A stretch of DNA of 64,000 bases from positions 18,521,700-18,585,699 of the forward strand of contig OZ037768.1 in the NCBI GenBank assembly GCA_964035545.1, written 5' to 3'. The notes below the pieces were generated by a model, which worked only from the letters and a program-made list of their open reading frames with translations, did no database searches and was not told the origin of the DNA. Shown in pieces: positions 12,287 to 26,600 of this stretch (position 1 is its first letter; each line of letters begins with the position of its first letter). Made by a program: the position numbers and the translations under genes. The DNA is from Bugula neritina. Lineage: Eukaryota > Animalia > Bryozoa.

Positions 12287-15200
12287 ATGGGTGGTGTATA
12301 CAGCACATTGAGCTCATACTTTGACTCTGCTGACCCTCCACGTGCACACAGAGCTGAATCCATTGTGTCGCTGCCTGGCAGAAGAATAAACACAAGCGGA
12401 GAAACTTGCAACTTTCATGAACCTGTCGAGCCTCCATCAGGTAAGCTTCAAACTGTAACTATTTCAGTTGCTCACGTAAACTTAAACTATATTGGAGGCT
12501 TTTTAAAACTGTTTGTTGTATGCTTTTCTACCCATGAATTTGTTGTTAATTTCAACACTTCTAAAGTGTTAAGTATAGTAGGAAGTTGTGAATCTTTAAT
12601 AACTGACGTTTTCTGAAATTTATTTAAAACTGGGCTCGCAAATTTAGACTACATTTTTAAGGAACCCAACGACTTTTTCATTTTTCTGTTTTCAATTCTG
12701 CATACAAAATACATTTTTATATTTCTATTTTCAAGTACGCTATACTGAACAGTTTAAATCGAACACACAGCATATTCTTGCAACACTTTGGTTATAAACT
12801 ACAAACAGCAATTTACAATCTAATTCTATATATGCACTTACATTCAATAACAATAATAATTGTTGCACATTGTCAACCATTAAAATTAGAAAAATTTTTG
12901 AATCAACATGTCAATATATTATTATTATACACTGCATCAAGTAGCAACTTCTAGTAACTATGAGGATACACAGCCATAGTTCTTTTATGTTCACTTACAG
13001 TTAGATGTACTAATGAGACATTGTTTACACATTATATGCAATCTTTGCCTCATCTTTTTCATATGTGTGTAAAGACATGTAATATGCTTTCTTCACAATA
13101 CCAATGACTCACTGATACATGTACCAAGTTTTGATATTTTCCAAAAAACATAATCTGTTTATATACTAATTTCCTCATTTGCATTCTAAATATTAATATA
13201 CTGCTATTCTACTGCTTTGTCATGCAACTTTATCAGTGTAACAAATTTAATCAGTTACAATCAGTGTAACAATTTCACACATGCACACACATATCATAGC
13301 TTCTTATTGAGATAGTTTCAGTGAAGACTAAGAACTATGTTCTAACATTTTTGCTGGCTGTACTATTGTAACCATGGAACAATGCATACTTTATATATTA
13401 TATGAGCTATATATTGATATGCATTTTTTACCCTGTGCAATGTAACAGCTCAGTTTCTCTCTGAAGACTTTCATGACGGCTTGTGTCAACATTTATGTTA
13501 TGTGAATTTTCATTCATACTTCGCATGCACTTTATTATTATATCCATATATATACAATGCCTGCAGCTAAGGACTACAACCTCTGCAAGCTAAAACATGG
13601 CTACTTTTGATTATGGTCGAAGAATCAAATTCACAAATCTCATCAGCTTCCATGCCACAGCAGGTTAATTTGTTGGAAAAGCTTTTCGTTTAGTGTGGCT
13701 ACCTGTTACTAATTTGCATGCAGTCAGATTTTTCCTTTGTATTTTAAAGAGAGTATATAAATGGTCACATCATCCCTACATGAAGTGTAGAGTTACAAAG
13801 TTTGTGTTTGAGTGGTTTGTGTGATACCTTCAATTTTTGTCAGCAGATAATTATTTAATAAATAATTTAAATGTTAAGTCATTACAATTATAATACCATA
13901 AACAACCTATTCACGTTACTTGTGTTTAATGGCATATCTCATACAGCTATATAGTTATAAAAAATGCTCGGCAGCTAAATAAAGATTAGTACAAAAAAAC
14001 AGTGTAGGACTATAACTATTTTTGCAAATAGACAATAGTTTACAGCTCTGTGCATAACATAGACAGATGTAATGTACTATCATTACATATTTCCAGTTTA
14101 TCACTAATTCAATATAAATACTTATCAGCTTAATGTACTCTGTTTTTAAACTGAAGCACAAAAAATGTTTTCTCTGTCAAACTTAAATACATATCAGACA
14201 GAGACTTTGACTGTTAATCACAATACATCTGCATGCAGTTATGAGAAACATTTAGTGCTATCAGCTATATAATGTGTAGATGTCTTACAAAATGGCATAT
14301 GAATTGTATGTTGCATCTATTAATATACTATTGCTGAAACCTCAACTGCATGTATAGTGTGCTATAATTACAAAATACACTGAAGGCTTATAGTGGATAG
14401 CTTGTGCTTGTTCTACTCTGAAGGTGCCTGGATGTGCCAGGATTTCTAGTGAAAAAATTTGGTTTCAAATAGTTTTTTATAAATTTTAATTAATTTTTTA
14501 TAAGCAAGCCTTCTTATACAGGCTTTTTATAATTAAATTGCATGTTAATGTTTCTATCTGTTGGATTTTGTTTGCTTGAAATTTTTTTATGAAGGAGTTT
14601 ATAAAGATTTTATTCTAATTACAGCAGACACTCCAAAGAAGCCCAAGAAAGCAGTTGAAATAGAAAATGTAGATCTGTGTATTGATGAGAACAGCAGAGA
14701 CCACCACACAGACGAGTTGGTATTTTATGTTTTGTTATATAATAATATATATCTATACACTACGCATATTTATAATATGTAGAATATGCGTTATATGCAT
14801 CATGGATTATATAATATGTGTTATGTAGATTATTTATAGTTTAAAATATTTATGTTATATAAACATGCACTATAAAAACTATTGGATTTTGAAAAAGTAA
14901 TAGGCCTAATTGTATTATATATATTAGGCAGAAGTAATAAGAAGAATTGGGCAGTAAGCTACCACAAATGCATTCTGTCTAGTTCATCTCCTAGGAGATA
15001 TTTGCTTATAATATATTGAATGAAAGTAGTAGAGCACCATTAACGTTTAACGTTAAACTCCAATTTATTTTCAAGCTGTCAGAAATAATCATTCAAAAAG
15101 GAAAGTTGAAAATGTAACAATATATTATTATATTGACAAAAAGATACTGAACCATAATAGTAGCAAAAAACAATGAATCATGTAACTATATCCTTGTATA

Positions 15201-18200
15201 TATTATGGTTAGTTATGAATACACATGTATATGTCATGTATGTAATGTACACGTTTAGCTATGAGGTATGTCAAGATGGGTACACTGACGATTTGACAAA
15301 GGAAGTGAAAAAAGCGCAGCTTGTCATCCGCAGAGGCCAAACATTCAAAGTGAAGATAACTCTCAATGATGAATGTTCAGAGGACACACAATTCAGAGTC
15401 ATTTCTACAATAGGTATGAATTAAATAAATCATGCATTTATATTAAATAAAACCAAAGTGGTATATAGAATATTCTAGATATAAATTTTGCAACAACGAA
15501 AATTGTTGTAAAAATGTGAAATATTGATTGTAATTATAGCTGAAATATCAATGAAACTTTGTTGAAATAGCATTTACTTTGGTTTTAAAGCAGTTTTTTA
15601 TTGAGCTTTTGTAAGAATTACATAAAAGGCAAAGCACATTGCACACAATTTTAAACAAATAATGGTTTATTCTATGATTCTACAAAGCAAATTTAAAGCA
15701 ATTGATTTTAATAAATTGTATATGGCTAGAAGGCTACATATTGCAATTACCCACGTATTGTACATTTGAAGGGAAAATTCCTCTCGCAAGTAAAGGTAAT
15801 TATAGTGAGATAATTACTGGAAAGAAATCAAAGGAAACCAATTGGAGTGTCAAACTTGACTCAAAAGAAGGGAAAACGGTAAATTTCTCAGCAGCCATGT
15901 TGCATTTTATTTTGTTTTCTAAGAAGTTAGTGTATATGTGTATGTAAATGTATAAGTTATGATAGTATGGCGTTTATTTTCAACTACAATATGTATGCAT
16001 TTCATATCATCAGAATAGCTATCTAGGTGGTCAATGAACTAGTAAAAAGTTACTGTCTGGTAACAAAGCGATGAAAGTAAAATATCCTACCCATTACTGC
16101 AAGTAATTACTAAACAATAACTACAAGACTGGACTACACTCAATACTATACTCATCATGGAAAGTGCAACGCCTTATTTATTGCTCAGCTAATATTTCTA
16201 CATCCACCTTTATACAGATTTGTTATTACAAGACTTTATTTTCCTCCAACTAATTCATTTGTGAATGCATGTTTTCGTATATTATAGCTATAACATATAG
16301 GATCAATATTATTGTACAGCTTGCTTAAGATATAGTGTAAGCCATTTTGTTGAAGTACATGCATAGTATTGCTATATTTTTACCTAAATATTGACTTATA
16401 CTATCTAATTGATGGTTGAGATGGTATGTGCCTTACAAACCATGAGTACATAGGCTGGCTTTCTTTGCTTTTTCTAACAGGTAGAATTGCTCATATACAG
16501 CCCTCCCAAATGTGCAGTTGGTAAATGGAACCTAAAGTTCGATGCAGTTTATGTTGATGACGATGGTGAAGTTGTATCCCTGTCCACAGACAAGACTGTT
16601 GCTGCACAAGCATACATATTGTTCAATGCATGGTGTAAAGGTGAGCTACCACTTTCTAGAGCTATGTTAAGTCAGGCCAAATCAAGTCAGTTGCTTACCA
16701 AATTAAGTCATGGTCAAAAAACCTCAAGTCAATTTTAAGTCAAGTCCAATCAATGACTAACCAAGTTAGCTGATTTTTAAGTAAAAAACTTAGTAAATTC
16801 AAGCAATGACCTAAGCTAGTTTTTAAGTCATGTTAAGATTTTCTAGCACTCAATTGGTTGGCAACTTTATCGGAAAAGTTGTTGATTCCACGAAATTATG
16901 TTATATAATTATGTTATGTTTAACAATATAAGTGTATAATATTAGACTGGGTTTATAAATATTTGTTATTGTAGATGATGCAGTCTATATGGACGATGAA
17001 ACTTGGAGAAAAGAGTATGTTTTAAATGATACAGGAAAAATATACACAGGAAATTACAAACAGGTGCGTTCATTCAAAATTTGTAGTAGCTAGCATACAT
17101 GTAGCATATAAATAATATATTTAGTTTATTATACATATATTATTTTATAATATAAATATATAAATTGTTTATAACTTATTTATAATATATTCATTTGATT
17201 CTTGAATGTTTCTTATTTGTACATATTGTTTTTATCTGTTGCCATTGAATTTAATGCTCTTACTGTAAAGTAAGTACGCATGTTTGCATGTTTCAGTACC
17301 TATGAACAATGGAAGTCCCGAAAACAGCGTGTGATAACAAGTTGCATTATGTCTAAAATGCATAATGGTACTTTGAATTAACTTTTTAATAACTTTTCAA
17401 AAAGCCTCCTACTAACATAATCATTATTATTATGCTGAACTTGTAGCAATATTAAAATTCCTTTGCTATTCTATTGCACAAATTATGATCATTTTCTAAT
17501 TTCTGATGTAAGTGAAACTTTGATGAGAATTAAAATTTTTGTTTGTAAAAACACAAAATAAAGAACACACATAGATATGAATACAACCACTATGAACACT
17601 AGTCACCTAGTACAATATGTCTCATATAGTTACTTCCATTACTTAAACAAGCTCCATCATTATAACTTTTGTAAAACTAAACACAACATTTTCTCAGAGT
17701 CAATGCAAGCTCTTTATTTCTAGATTTACGGCAGACCATGGAACTTTGGGCAGTTTGAAAGTATTTCACTGGAAACAGCTCTGTATGTGTTAAATGAGCT
17801 GACAAAGATACCCATTACGTTTCGAGGAAGTCCGACTTTGATCAGTAGAAAGATGTCTGCTTTGGTATGTATCCTAGAGAAATACTACACAACACGTAGG
17901 ACATTGCTGTATAAGATAGGAATTACTGGTAATACATTACATGACTACACATCATAGTATAAGATATGATTATATGGCAATACCACATATAAGATGAAGA
18001 TGTAGCAATACATTATATGATTACACACCAGAGTATAAAATAGGAATTACTAACAACTAAACAGCACACCGTATTCTTGCTGTCAACACTAGTGCTGCTA
18101 GTAGATCATGCAACGCAATGTATTGTATTGCCCTGCAGTGCCATATATTGCAATGTATTGCAATGTGTCACACTGCAAGAGGATGTGGTGTAATGCATTA

Positions 18201-21200
18201 GAATATAAGACACAGTACTTCACCATAGCACTGTGAGAAGCGCTGCAAGACATGCACGCTGTAGCAAAATTCTTATTTATTGCATATACTGAAATTTTAG
18301 TTAAATATCATTATGCAATACTTCTAGAACACACCCAACTCTAAATCAGTCAGGTGTATACTTATATTTGTAAATATTCAAGTAGTTTTTTATTGACTCT
18401 TGAAATAATATAATTTTTAGACATCAAGTAAAGTATTCTTGTGTATCAGTTATTAAAGTAATAATAATATTTTAAGGTGAACAGCTCTGATGATAATGGG
18501 ATCCTTACTGGAAGATGGGACGGTGAGTATTCAGATGGAGTAAGTCCAACCAAATGGACTGGAAGTGTTGCTATCTTACAGAAATATATGGAGACCAAGC
18601 AACCTGTGAGTATAGGAGTCACAACTATATTTCTGGTGGAGCAACTAGAACAAGAGGCAGTAGCTACAACTCCTTTACTCAATGTTCATGACAGAAAATT
18701 AATGTTTCATAAACAGAATGTCATCCGACAGAATTATACATCTACATGTAAATGAAACACTTATTAAATAGCGTAGTGTGTATAACTACATACTCTGGAT
18801 AACACAGTATATGTATAACTACACATTATGTTACGTCTTACTACATGCTATGTCTGACATGTATATCTACACACTATCTACACCACACATTGCAGGTAGA
18901 GTATGGCCAATGCTGGGTATTCTCTGGTGTAATGACTACAGTCTGCAGAGCTCTGGGTATTCCTACAAGATCTGTTACTAACTTTGCCTCAGCACACGAC
19001 ACAGATGGCAGTCTGACCATTGATATGCATTGGGATGAAAATGAAGAGCATATGCCTGGTAAATATTACATGCTTATATCTATATACTAGAAGTATAACT
19101 AAAAGTTCTATTATACATGTGTTTCCTGCTGATCTCCATGCTTTACGCTTGTTGTTTTATGCAGAACTGGATACAGATTCTGTGTGGAACTTCCATGTGT
19201 GGAATGAGTGCTGGATGACAAGACCTGACCTACAAGAAGGATATGGAGGATGGCAAGCAGTTGATGCCACGCCTCAAGAAACTAGTGATGGTATAATTCT
19301 TCAACTCTTCAAAACACAAAAGCAACTGCACGATGTATTATTTATTTGAAATAATGAGACATGTTTTACAGCTTTTTGCAATTACAAAAAATGTATGTGA
19401 AATTCATTAAAGTATTTTTTGGGGGATGAATTGGATATTTTCAAATAAGGTTTCAAGACTTATAAATAATAATGGATAGAAAGTGTATAAAAAAATTCAT
19501 TTAAATTATTATTGCATGTTTTAGGCATATACTGTGCTGGCCCAGCATCCCTTGCTGCAATAAAGAATGGAAATGTTGGTGTCACTTTTGATACGCCTTT
19601 TATATTTGCTGAAGTAAACGCTGACAAAGTGCATTGGGTTAAACAGAAGGATGGCTCAATAGAAAAGTTGTTTGAAAGGAGTGTGTAAGTAAAACTTTAC
19701 ACATAATGTACTTTGCTACTACTTTTTTGCATCATGCACTTCTTGGTCTATAAAAGCTATTGTATTGCATAGTTGACTATGTGCTTATAGAGTGGGCAAA
19801 AAGATAAGCACAAAGAGGGCCGGTTCCAGCAGAGACTTTTCTGTAGAGATGTGGAATCCTGACCGAGAAGACATCACAAACTCGTATAAGTACCCTGAAG
19901 GGACATCAGAAGAGCGAGCTGCGGTTTGGAGAGCCAATGAGATGTCAACAAAACCAACTGTTTATACAGAGGGTGATAGTCAAAAGGTAAATGATGATGC
20001 AGTTTTTGGCACGGCACCTTTAGCAATTTTCAATGAAATAGAAACTTTTATTTGAATGAAAACTTGTTTCATAAAGTACCAACATCAGTATAGCTATTCA
20101 GAGTCATTTAGTATTGAATATGTTAGTATGCCCTATGGCCTACGGGTCTTTAAATTGGTCAGAGGGTAAAACTGGTGAGGAGATTTTCTCTACAGTTGAC
20201 TATCAAAGCTCAATTATGACACACTATTTATTTTATTCATTCAAACTTTGTTTATGAAAAGCAACATAAAATTGTAAATTATATTTACAGGACGTAACTT
20301 TTAGAGTAGAAGAAGTTGATAACGTGTTTCTCGGATCTAGCTTTGAGATTCTTGTGGTTATTAAAAACACGTCAGATGAGAAGAGATCTGTTGGTCTTAC
20401 AGTAACACTCTGCTCAGTCTACTACACTGGAATCAATAAAACTAAACTGAAACGGGAGCATTTCACTAAGGAACTAAAGCCAAAAAGTGGTGAGTGTGTT
20501 ACAGAACTTTATAGATATGACCTTGACAGTCAAACTTCATTTCTCATATTAGTTCTTTTACAGTAAAAAAATACACGATAAGCCTCTTTCGTTAGCAAAA
20601 AATAATATATTATATTTCAAACCTAAAATTAATTTTAGAGATTGCAAGTTTAGTGTGTAATGTTTATTATTATTTCAGGATACTTTGCTACCTGTCTTTT
20701 GAAGCAACTTAAATGTAACGTCAACTTTAAACCTAGTCTGTGTTCACTACTTGCTACATGTTCTGTGGCTATGCATACCTTTTGGTGCTGATGACCTTCA
20801 TGACATGAAAATTTTAAGACTGCCATGAACTCTGACAATTATAGTTAAAAGATGATGACAAAGCTGAGCTCATATGCTCTGGAAATTCAGTTACATAATC
20901 AATGTTATGGCGTCTTCATAGTTCAGCTAAATTAAATATGTTTGGTTGTTTAACAGAGGAGGTGGTGACAATGAAGGTGGAAGTAGAAGACTACTTAGCT
21001 GACATGAAAGATCATAACTATGCTATGAAAATCAACTACCTCGGGTCTGTCAAAGAAACTAAGCAAATATTTGCCTCTCAGGATGACTTTAGACTGAGAA
21101 CTTTAGTTCCTGATGTTATCCCAGTAAGCAGCATTCATTTTTGTAACTTTTTACACATCAATTGTTTTTGTCTAGCTTATTGCAGTAATAGAGAAATTAG

Positions 21201-22670
21201 CTTGCATAAACTTCCATATTTAATTTGGTTCTTTGATTAATAAGTAATAATAGACAAATTCCATGTTTGTATTTGCACCAGCACTACATCTTAGAACTGT
21301 TTATCCCTTACGCGTTCAATGGACCATATATGTCCCTGAAAGCGACACTATCCACAGATCAATGGACCATATATGGTCTTTTAGGTAAACAAATAATAGC
21401 GCTTACTTTAAACTTCCAGTTTTCAACCGAAAAGGCTAAAACCTTTTGTAATTGAGGTTGATAGGGCAGCTTAGTAAGTTTGGAATAATTAGAGCCATTA
21501 AATTTGATTAAATTAATAGCTACCAAGCCAGCTAGTTGCTTTTCAATTTAATCCCTAAATTTCAAAATTGTCGGTAAAATTTAACGCTACTTTCAAATGC
21601 AAGAAACTGCTGTCAAATTATAGAGAGCTAGTTTATTTTATTCAGATTACATTTAGAAGAACATCTAAATAAACAGAAATGTTAAATTCACTATATTTTG
21701 AATCATATTATAAATTAATTTTATCATTTTGAATTTTCAATTTTAAAATAGCGGTTTTTAGAGGCAAATTAAAATGACTGATTTTAGCTAGAATTGAGGT
21801 CTCCCGTCACTTTAAGAAGCTTTTTATGAAAGAAAGTACTCTTAAAATTATATTATCCAGTTTGATTAAGGCCAAAATCAAGAGTAACTTTTTAATAATA
21901 AAATTGAAACTTATGCAAAATTTGCTAGCAAATTTCGCGATAAACTCAAACAAGGCTTAAAATTACGTAAGTTCAAAGTTGATCGCCAAAGGGTTATTCA
22001 ATTCTTTCTCTAGTCTAAGAAGAGTGTAGCTGTTGGAGAGAGTTTCAATGTAAAGGCAAGTTTCAAAAACCCTCTTGACAGTTTGCTCCTATTCTGTGAA
22101 TTTACTTTCGAGGCGGCTGGCAACCTTAAGCCTGTCACCATTTCCAAAGGGTAAGGTTGTTATCCGAGTTGTAGAAATATATTGGTATTTCTGGTAACTT
22201 CTGAGATATATGTTGTACACAATGTACATACATTATAGATTACAGATTATAGATTGATTAGTTAAGCCATCTTGTTTTCAAATAAAAGTTGTAAATGAAC
22301 ATAATTATCTGTATCCTCACTTTACCTATCTTTACTCTGTCCTGTTCCGGTAGCGAGATATAATTATCTGCATATTCTATCATATATTAGAATTTTCTAC
22401 TGCTTGAAGGTGTAAAATATTTAACCTAACAAGAAGTTAAAGTTATATTTGAAAGCCTGATGAATTGAAATATAATTGCTATGTAAAATGCAAACATCAG
22501 CTATGCATTTTTCAAACTGTTACAGTACAATTGGTCCTGGAGAGTTGGTTGAAGCAGAAGTAGAGATAACAGCCAAGAGGGCTGGATATTGTGTTGTTAT
22601 TTCATCATTTGAGTGTAAAGAGATGGGAGATATTCAAGGTCAATGCACTGTTGAGGTGAAAAAGAAGTAA
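12287..22670 (+). CDS. Transglutaminase, copy 2 (tandem paralog); 16 coding exons, 772 aa, N-terminal MGxxxS motif
   Basis: Exons 12287-12440, 14625-14715, 15259-15413, 15772-15878, 16481-16640, 16975-17063, 17724-17864, 18477-18605, 18896-19058, 19165-19290, 19525-19684, 19791-19986, 20291-20489, 20957-21123, 22014-22150, 22526-22670 (2319 nt). Thirteen internal exons have the same lengths as in copy 1. Catalytic GQCWVF, WNFHVW and AVDATPQE are intact. Confidence 0.95.
13597..13663 (+). CDS. Candidate alternative first coding exon of transglutaminase copy 2 ([22 protein letters not shown])
   Basis: AAACATGG start context, open frame, CAG|GTTAAT phase-1 donor compatible with exon 14625. Confidence 0.5.
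21305..21993. mobile_element. piggyBac-like non-autonomous element
   Basis: CCCTTACGCGTTCAA versus reverse-complemented right end CCCTTTGGCGATCAA (12/15), TTAT on both flanks, internal direct repeat TCAATGGACCATATATG x2. Confidence 0.55.
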
Positions 22671-23607
22671 CTATTATACTGAGTAACTGCTGTTATAAAC
22701 TCTTTTATTATTATTTAATGCTGTAATATAAATATGAGTGTTTCTTAAAGTTAAATATTTTATTTGAAATACATACATTGTTATCTAGTTTAAGCACAAT
22801 AAAATTAAAATTAACTTAGCCATACTGTAGTGCACATCAGGGGAATGTATAATTAGAAAGTATAAGTTATATTATTTTTACAAAAAGGAAATCTGATATC
22901 CCACGATATCAAACCCAATTACAGGCAAAAAGTCCTTCTAACACGTAGTCTATACTATTATAACAATGATTTAAATAATAATGGTGAGCTAAGCTAACAC
23001 ATGTGTGAATCAAAAATATTTAATTTTTGTTGTTGTATAAATATATTAAAATATAAACAAATGAAAATGTTTAAGTGCTTTTAAATAGCCCATTTTGCTC
23101 ATTTCAAGGTAAAATATTGCTTTAGAAGCAAACTTTACCAGTCGGCACAACCAATGCATAATTTAGACATAGCAAATGATGTTAAAAATACTCATAATTA
23201 TTCAAAAGTGCACAATACACCAATATAGCAAATACCTTTTACTGTTAAATTACTTAACATTTCAATAATGATGAATTTACTATATTTAAAAAAAGCCATG
23301 AGGAAAGTAAAAATGTTTATGTAAATGAGAGAGTAGAATAAAATATGAAGAGAGAAAAAAGAATACAAAAATAAATGTTAGTTAGAAAATCAATTTAACA
23401 ACAAATCACATAACTTGGCGCCTTGTAATGCCTTTAGCATCTAGAATTGTAGGTTCGATCATTAAAAGATTTTTAAATTTGCTTACAAATAGAAAATATA
23501 AATTAAAAAGCCAAGGCTTGTGTAAGAGTTTTGTGCTCAATCTCTGCAGCGATACAGTCTATTCATACAAATTGTGTTGATATAAAAGGAAATGCCAGTT
23601 CTTTGCA

Positions 23608-26600
23608 CTAACTAATAGGGCTACTCCTAGTTTTGGCAGGAGCGGAAACAGCTCGAGCAGCAAATCTTGACCTAGCTGTAGAAGCACGGCTATCCCGGTA
23701 CTCTCTCCTGTGACTCATACCGGTCTTAGGGCGACAAGAACCTAACAAACAGCAGAGAGTTGATCTCGATGAATGCATATTTATCAGCACAGCAAAAAGG
23801 TCTACGGAAAAATCTTCTTCCGTAAAACATAAAATAAAATGGCTGGTCAATTAACGCCAGAATATATTTCATCATGCAAGTATTTAAATCCTGTAAGTTT
23901 CATGTTCAGTACAGAGTTTACACAACAGCTGAATCTAGGCAGAGTCACATCATGCATTATATCACAGACTGATCACAACACCTGAGATACTAAACCAGTC
24001 ATGCTGGTGCAATGAATGAGGAAGATATCGCATGATACATAGCATGCATGCCTCCTGGGAACAGTTATTACAAACTTCTTCACCAAATATGATAATCAGA
24101 TCTTGATCTTTTTAAACAAACCATAAAGAAGATAACACAATACTTGTGTACAATGCATATAGACACTAGTGAGAGAGATATGGAACAATATAATACCTCA
24201 ATGTAAACAACTGTGGATTTTAGTGCCTATCAAATATGATTTAGGGCTGAAATGGTTGACATAAGAACTTATATGGATTAAATGACATAATGGCATGTGA
24301 AACTTAAATGTTGTAATTATGAACTTAACAAAAACTTTAATTTCTACTCAGAGAGTACCAGTGATAGACTTAAATCTAAGTAACTTACCTTGCCGTTTTG
24401 GGGGGCAGGCAGGGGGCCCTCCATTTTTCTCTAGACTGAAACAGACATTAGCAAAAATATTGACATATGATACATGACCACATCAATTTATTTAAACTTC
24501 CTGAATACAATATTCACATCCTATTATTGTCATCAGTTGGAAGGCAGATACCAAACTATTTGAAACCTAAGTATAAGGCTCTTTTAAAGGTAGCGTACAA
24601 AATACATATATTTAATTATAGACTGTAGTCACCAAACTGGTTATAGTATACTAATACAAGTACCTGTAACTTTGTACCAATTAAAAGAAACCAGTTACAT
24701 AAACACAAAACAATCAGCAGTTGAAAAATACATTTGGTGTTGACCTTACAACTGTCACTATGTTACAATGTAAAACTATGATACCTTTGGGAAGGCAGAC
24801 CAATCTTCTTAGCTCGCTCAAAGTCTTGTTTAAACTCGCTACTGATTTTAGCGTCTGTGTCAATGTTTTCTATGAGTTTATCATAGAGTCCGGGTTTGTC
24901 TCGACAGCAGGAAAACAGCTTCCTGGCAGCTGTTTTATTGAAAGAGAGATACCCGAGAGCTACAGCACACGACGTTCTCACTAGGTTGTACTTGGAGTTC
25001 AGGTGATCAATCAGGACATCCACTGCACCACTTGTGACCATTGCATCTGGTATTCCAGCTCTGGTGTGAGCTAAACTCGACAGGAGACTCGCTGGAACAA
25101 TAGAGAAGAGATAAATTCAACTTATTCATACTCATATATAGAACTTTTGTCTAAATAAACAGGCAGACTATGAATATCAAAACTCTTGCAAGTTTATAGT
25201 CACAATCTTTATGAAAATCTCTGATAGAAAAGAATTTTCAAAGCAGGCTAAGGATTTATTCATACGTGTCACAGGAGTAACTATGGCTAGATACTTTATA
25301 ATATTACTAATGGTGTTTATTGGGGTTCGAACCCATAACCTCATGTTAGCTAAGCTAGCGCTCTAACCCCTAGACCACGGCTGCTCGAACTATGCATATA
25401 TGGTTGCACAATATCACAGCGTCCTGTCTACAGTTTAAACACGTGCAGCCCTCACCGGAGAGAATAACAACATTGTCCGTCTTAGATTTCAGCAATTCGA
25501 CCAGTGATGTCACGCCTTCTGCCGTTAGAGATACTTGATCTCTATCCATTATTACTCTAGCCAACACAACAATCTACAAAATGAAATATGTAGACACCTT
25601 TACAGAGTTCTAAACTTGAAAAGGATTTATGATTAGTTATTTAGCTGCTCTCAATTCAGATGTACATTTCTTTGGACTAGTCTTCCTTATTGATAGTATG
25701 AGTTTTCCTAACAAGTAACACTATTTACACATGTTGACTTTAGCAAAAAATGGCATAGGTAATAATGGCACAAGCGGAAAGTAGGTAAAAATGGCCAACT
25801 GGTGCTAAATTTTTCCAAACCCCAAATTCAAATCCGCATCCCCAAACCCAAATCTCTATTCCAAACCCCTAACCAAACCCTAATATTGAAAATGTGCTAT
25901 GTTTACCTACTTTGTCACTTGTGCCTTTATTACCTGTACCATTATTGCCTGTACTATTTTTACCAGACACCGGTAAAGTCATACACACGCATACAATATT
26001 TTATTCTGTATTGTTACTTGGTAATAATATTCATATTTTATTTTGAACTATTCTTGGTTATTCTACACTAAGACATGCAATTATCTATCATGTTTACATT
26101 TGGTAAAATTTGTGCTTTCATTGTAAGTACCAAAACTGAAAATATACCCACACAGCTACAGATATAGCAGTAGATTATAATTGAATGAGAAATGAATCAT
26201 AAATCATTTAAGAAAATAAATTAGTTACAAGTTAGCAAACAGACTTAGTTTGTCTGAAAGACATTGATCTAAAAGTTGAATAAATTTAGTTGAAGATTCA
26301 CCTAAAAAGAATCAAAATTTCTAAATTCAAGACGTGAAATATTTACCTGGAAAGAAGCGGATGCCCGATAGAACTCATTGTCAGATGTGAGAAATGGGAG
26401 AAAAAGGGAATAGCTGATCCCACCAGCCTCTCTGATTGCATATTGCTGAGGTGTATTGTTGAATCCAAATATTGCCAGTGCTGTTCCAGCTTGTAATCTA
26501 ATATTCTACAGAAGTTACACATAATCATAACATAATGTACAGGCACCTAAACTGTTTATGTAGTGTTTCATTAGCAGTCATTTCTAAAAATAGATTTAGA

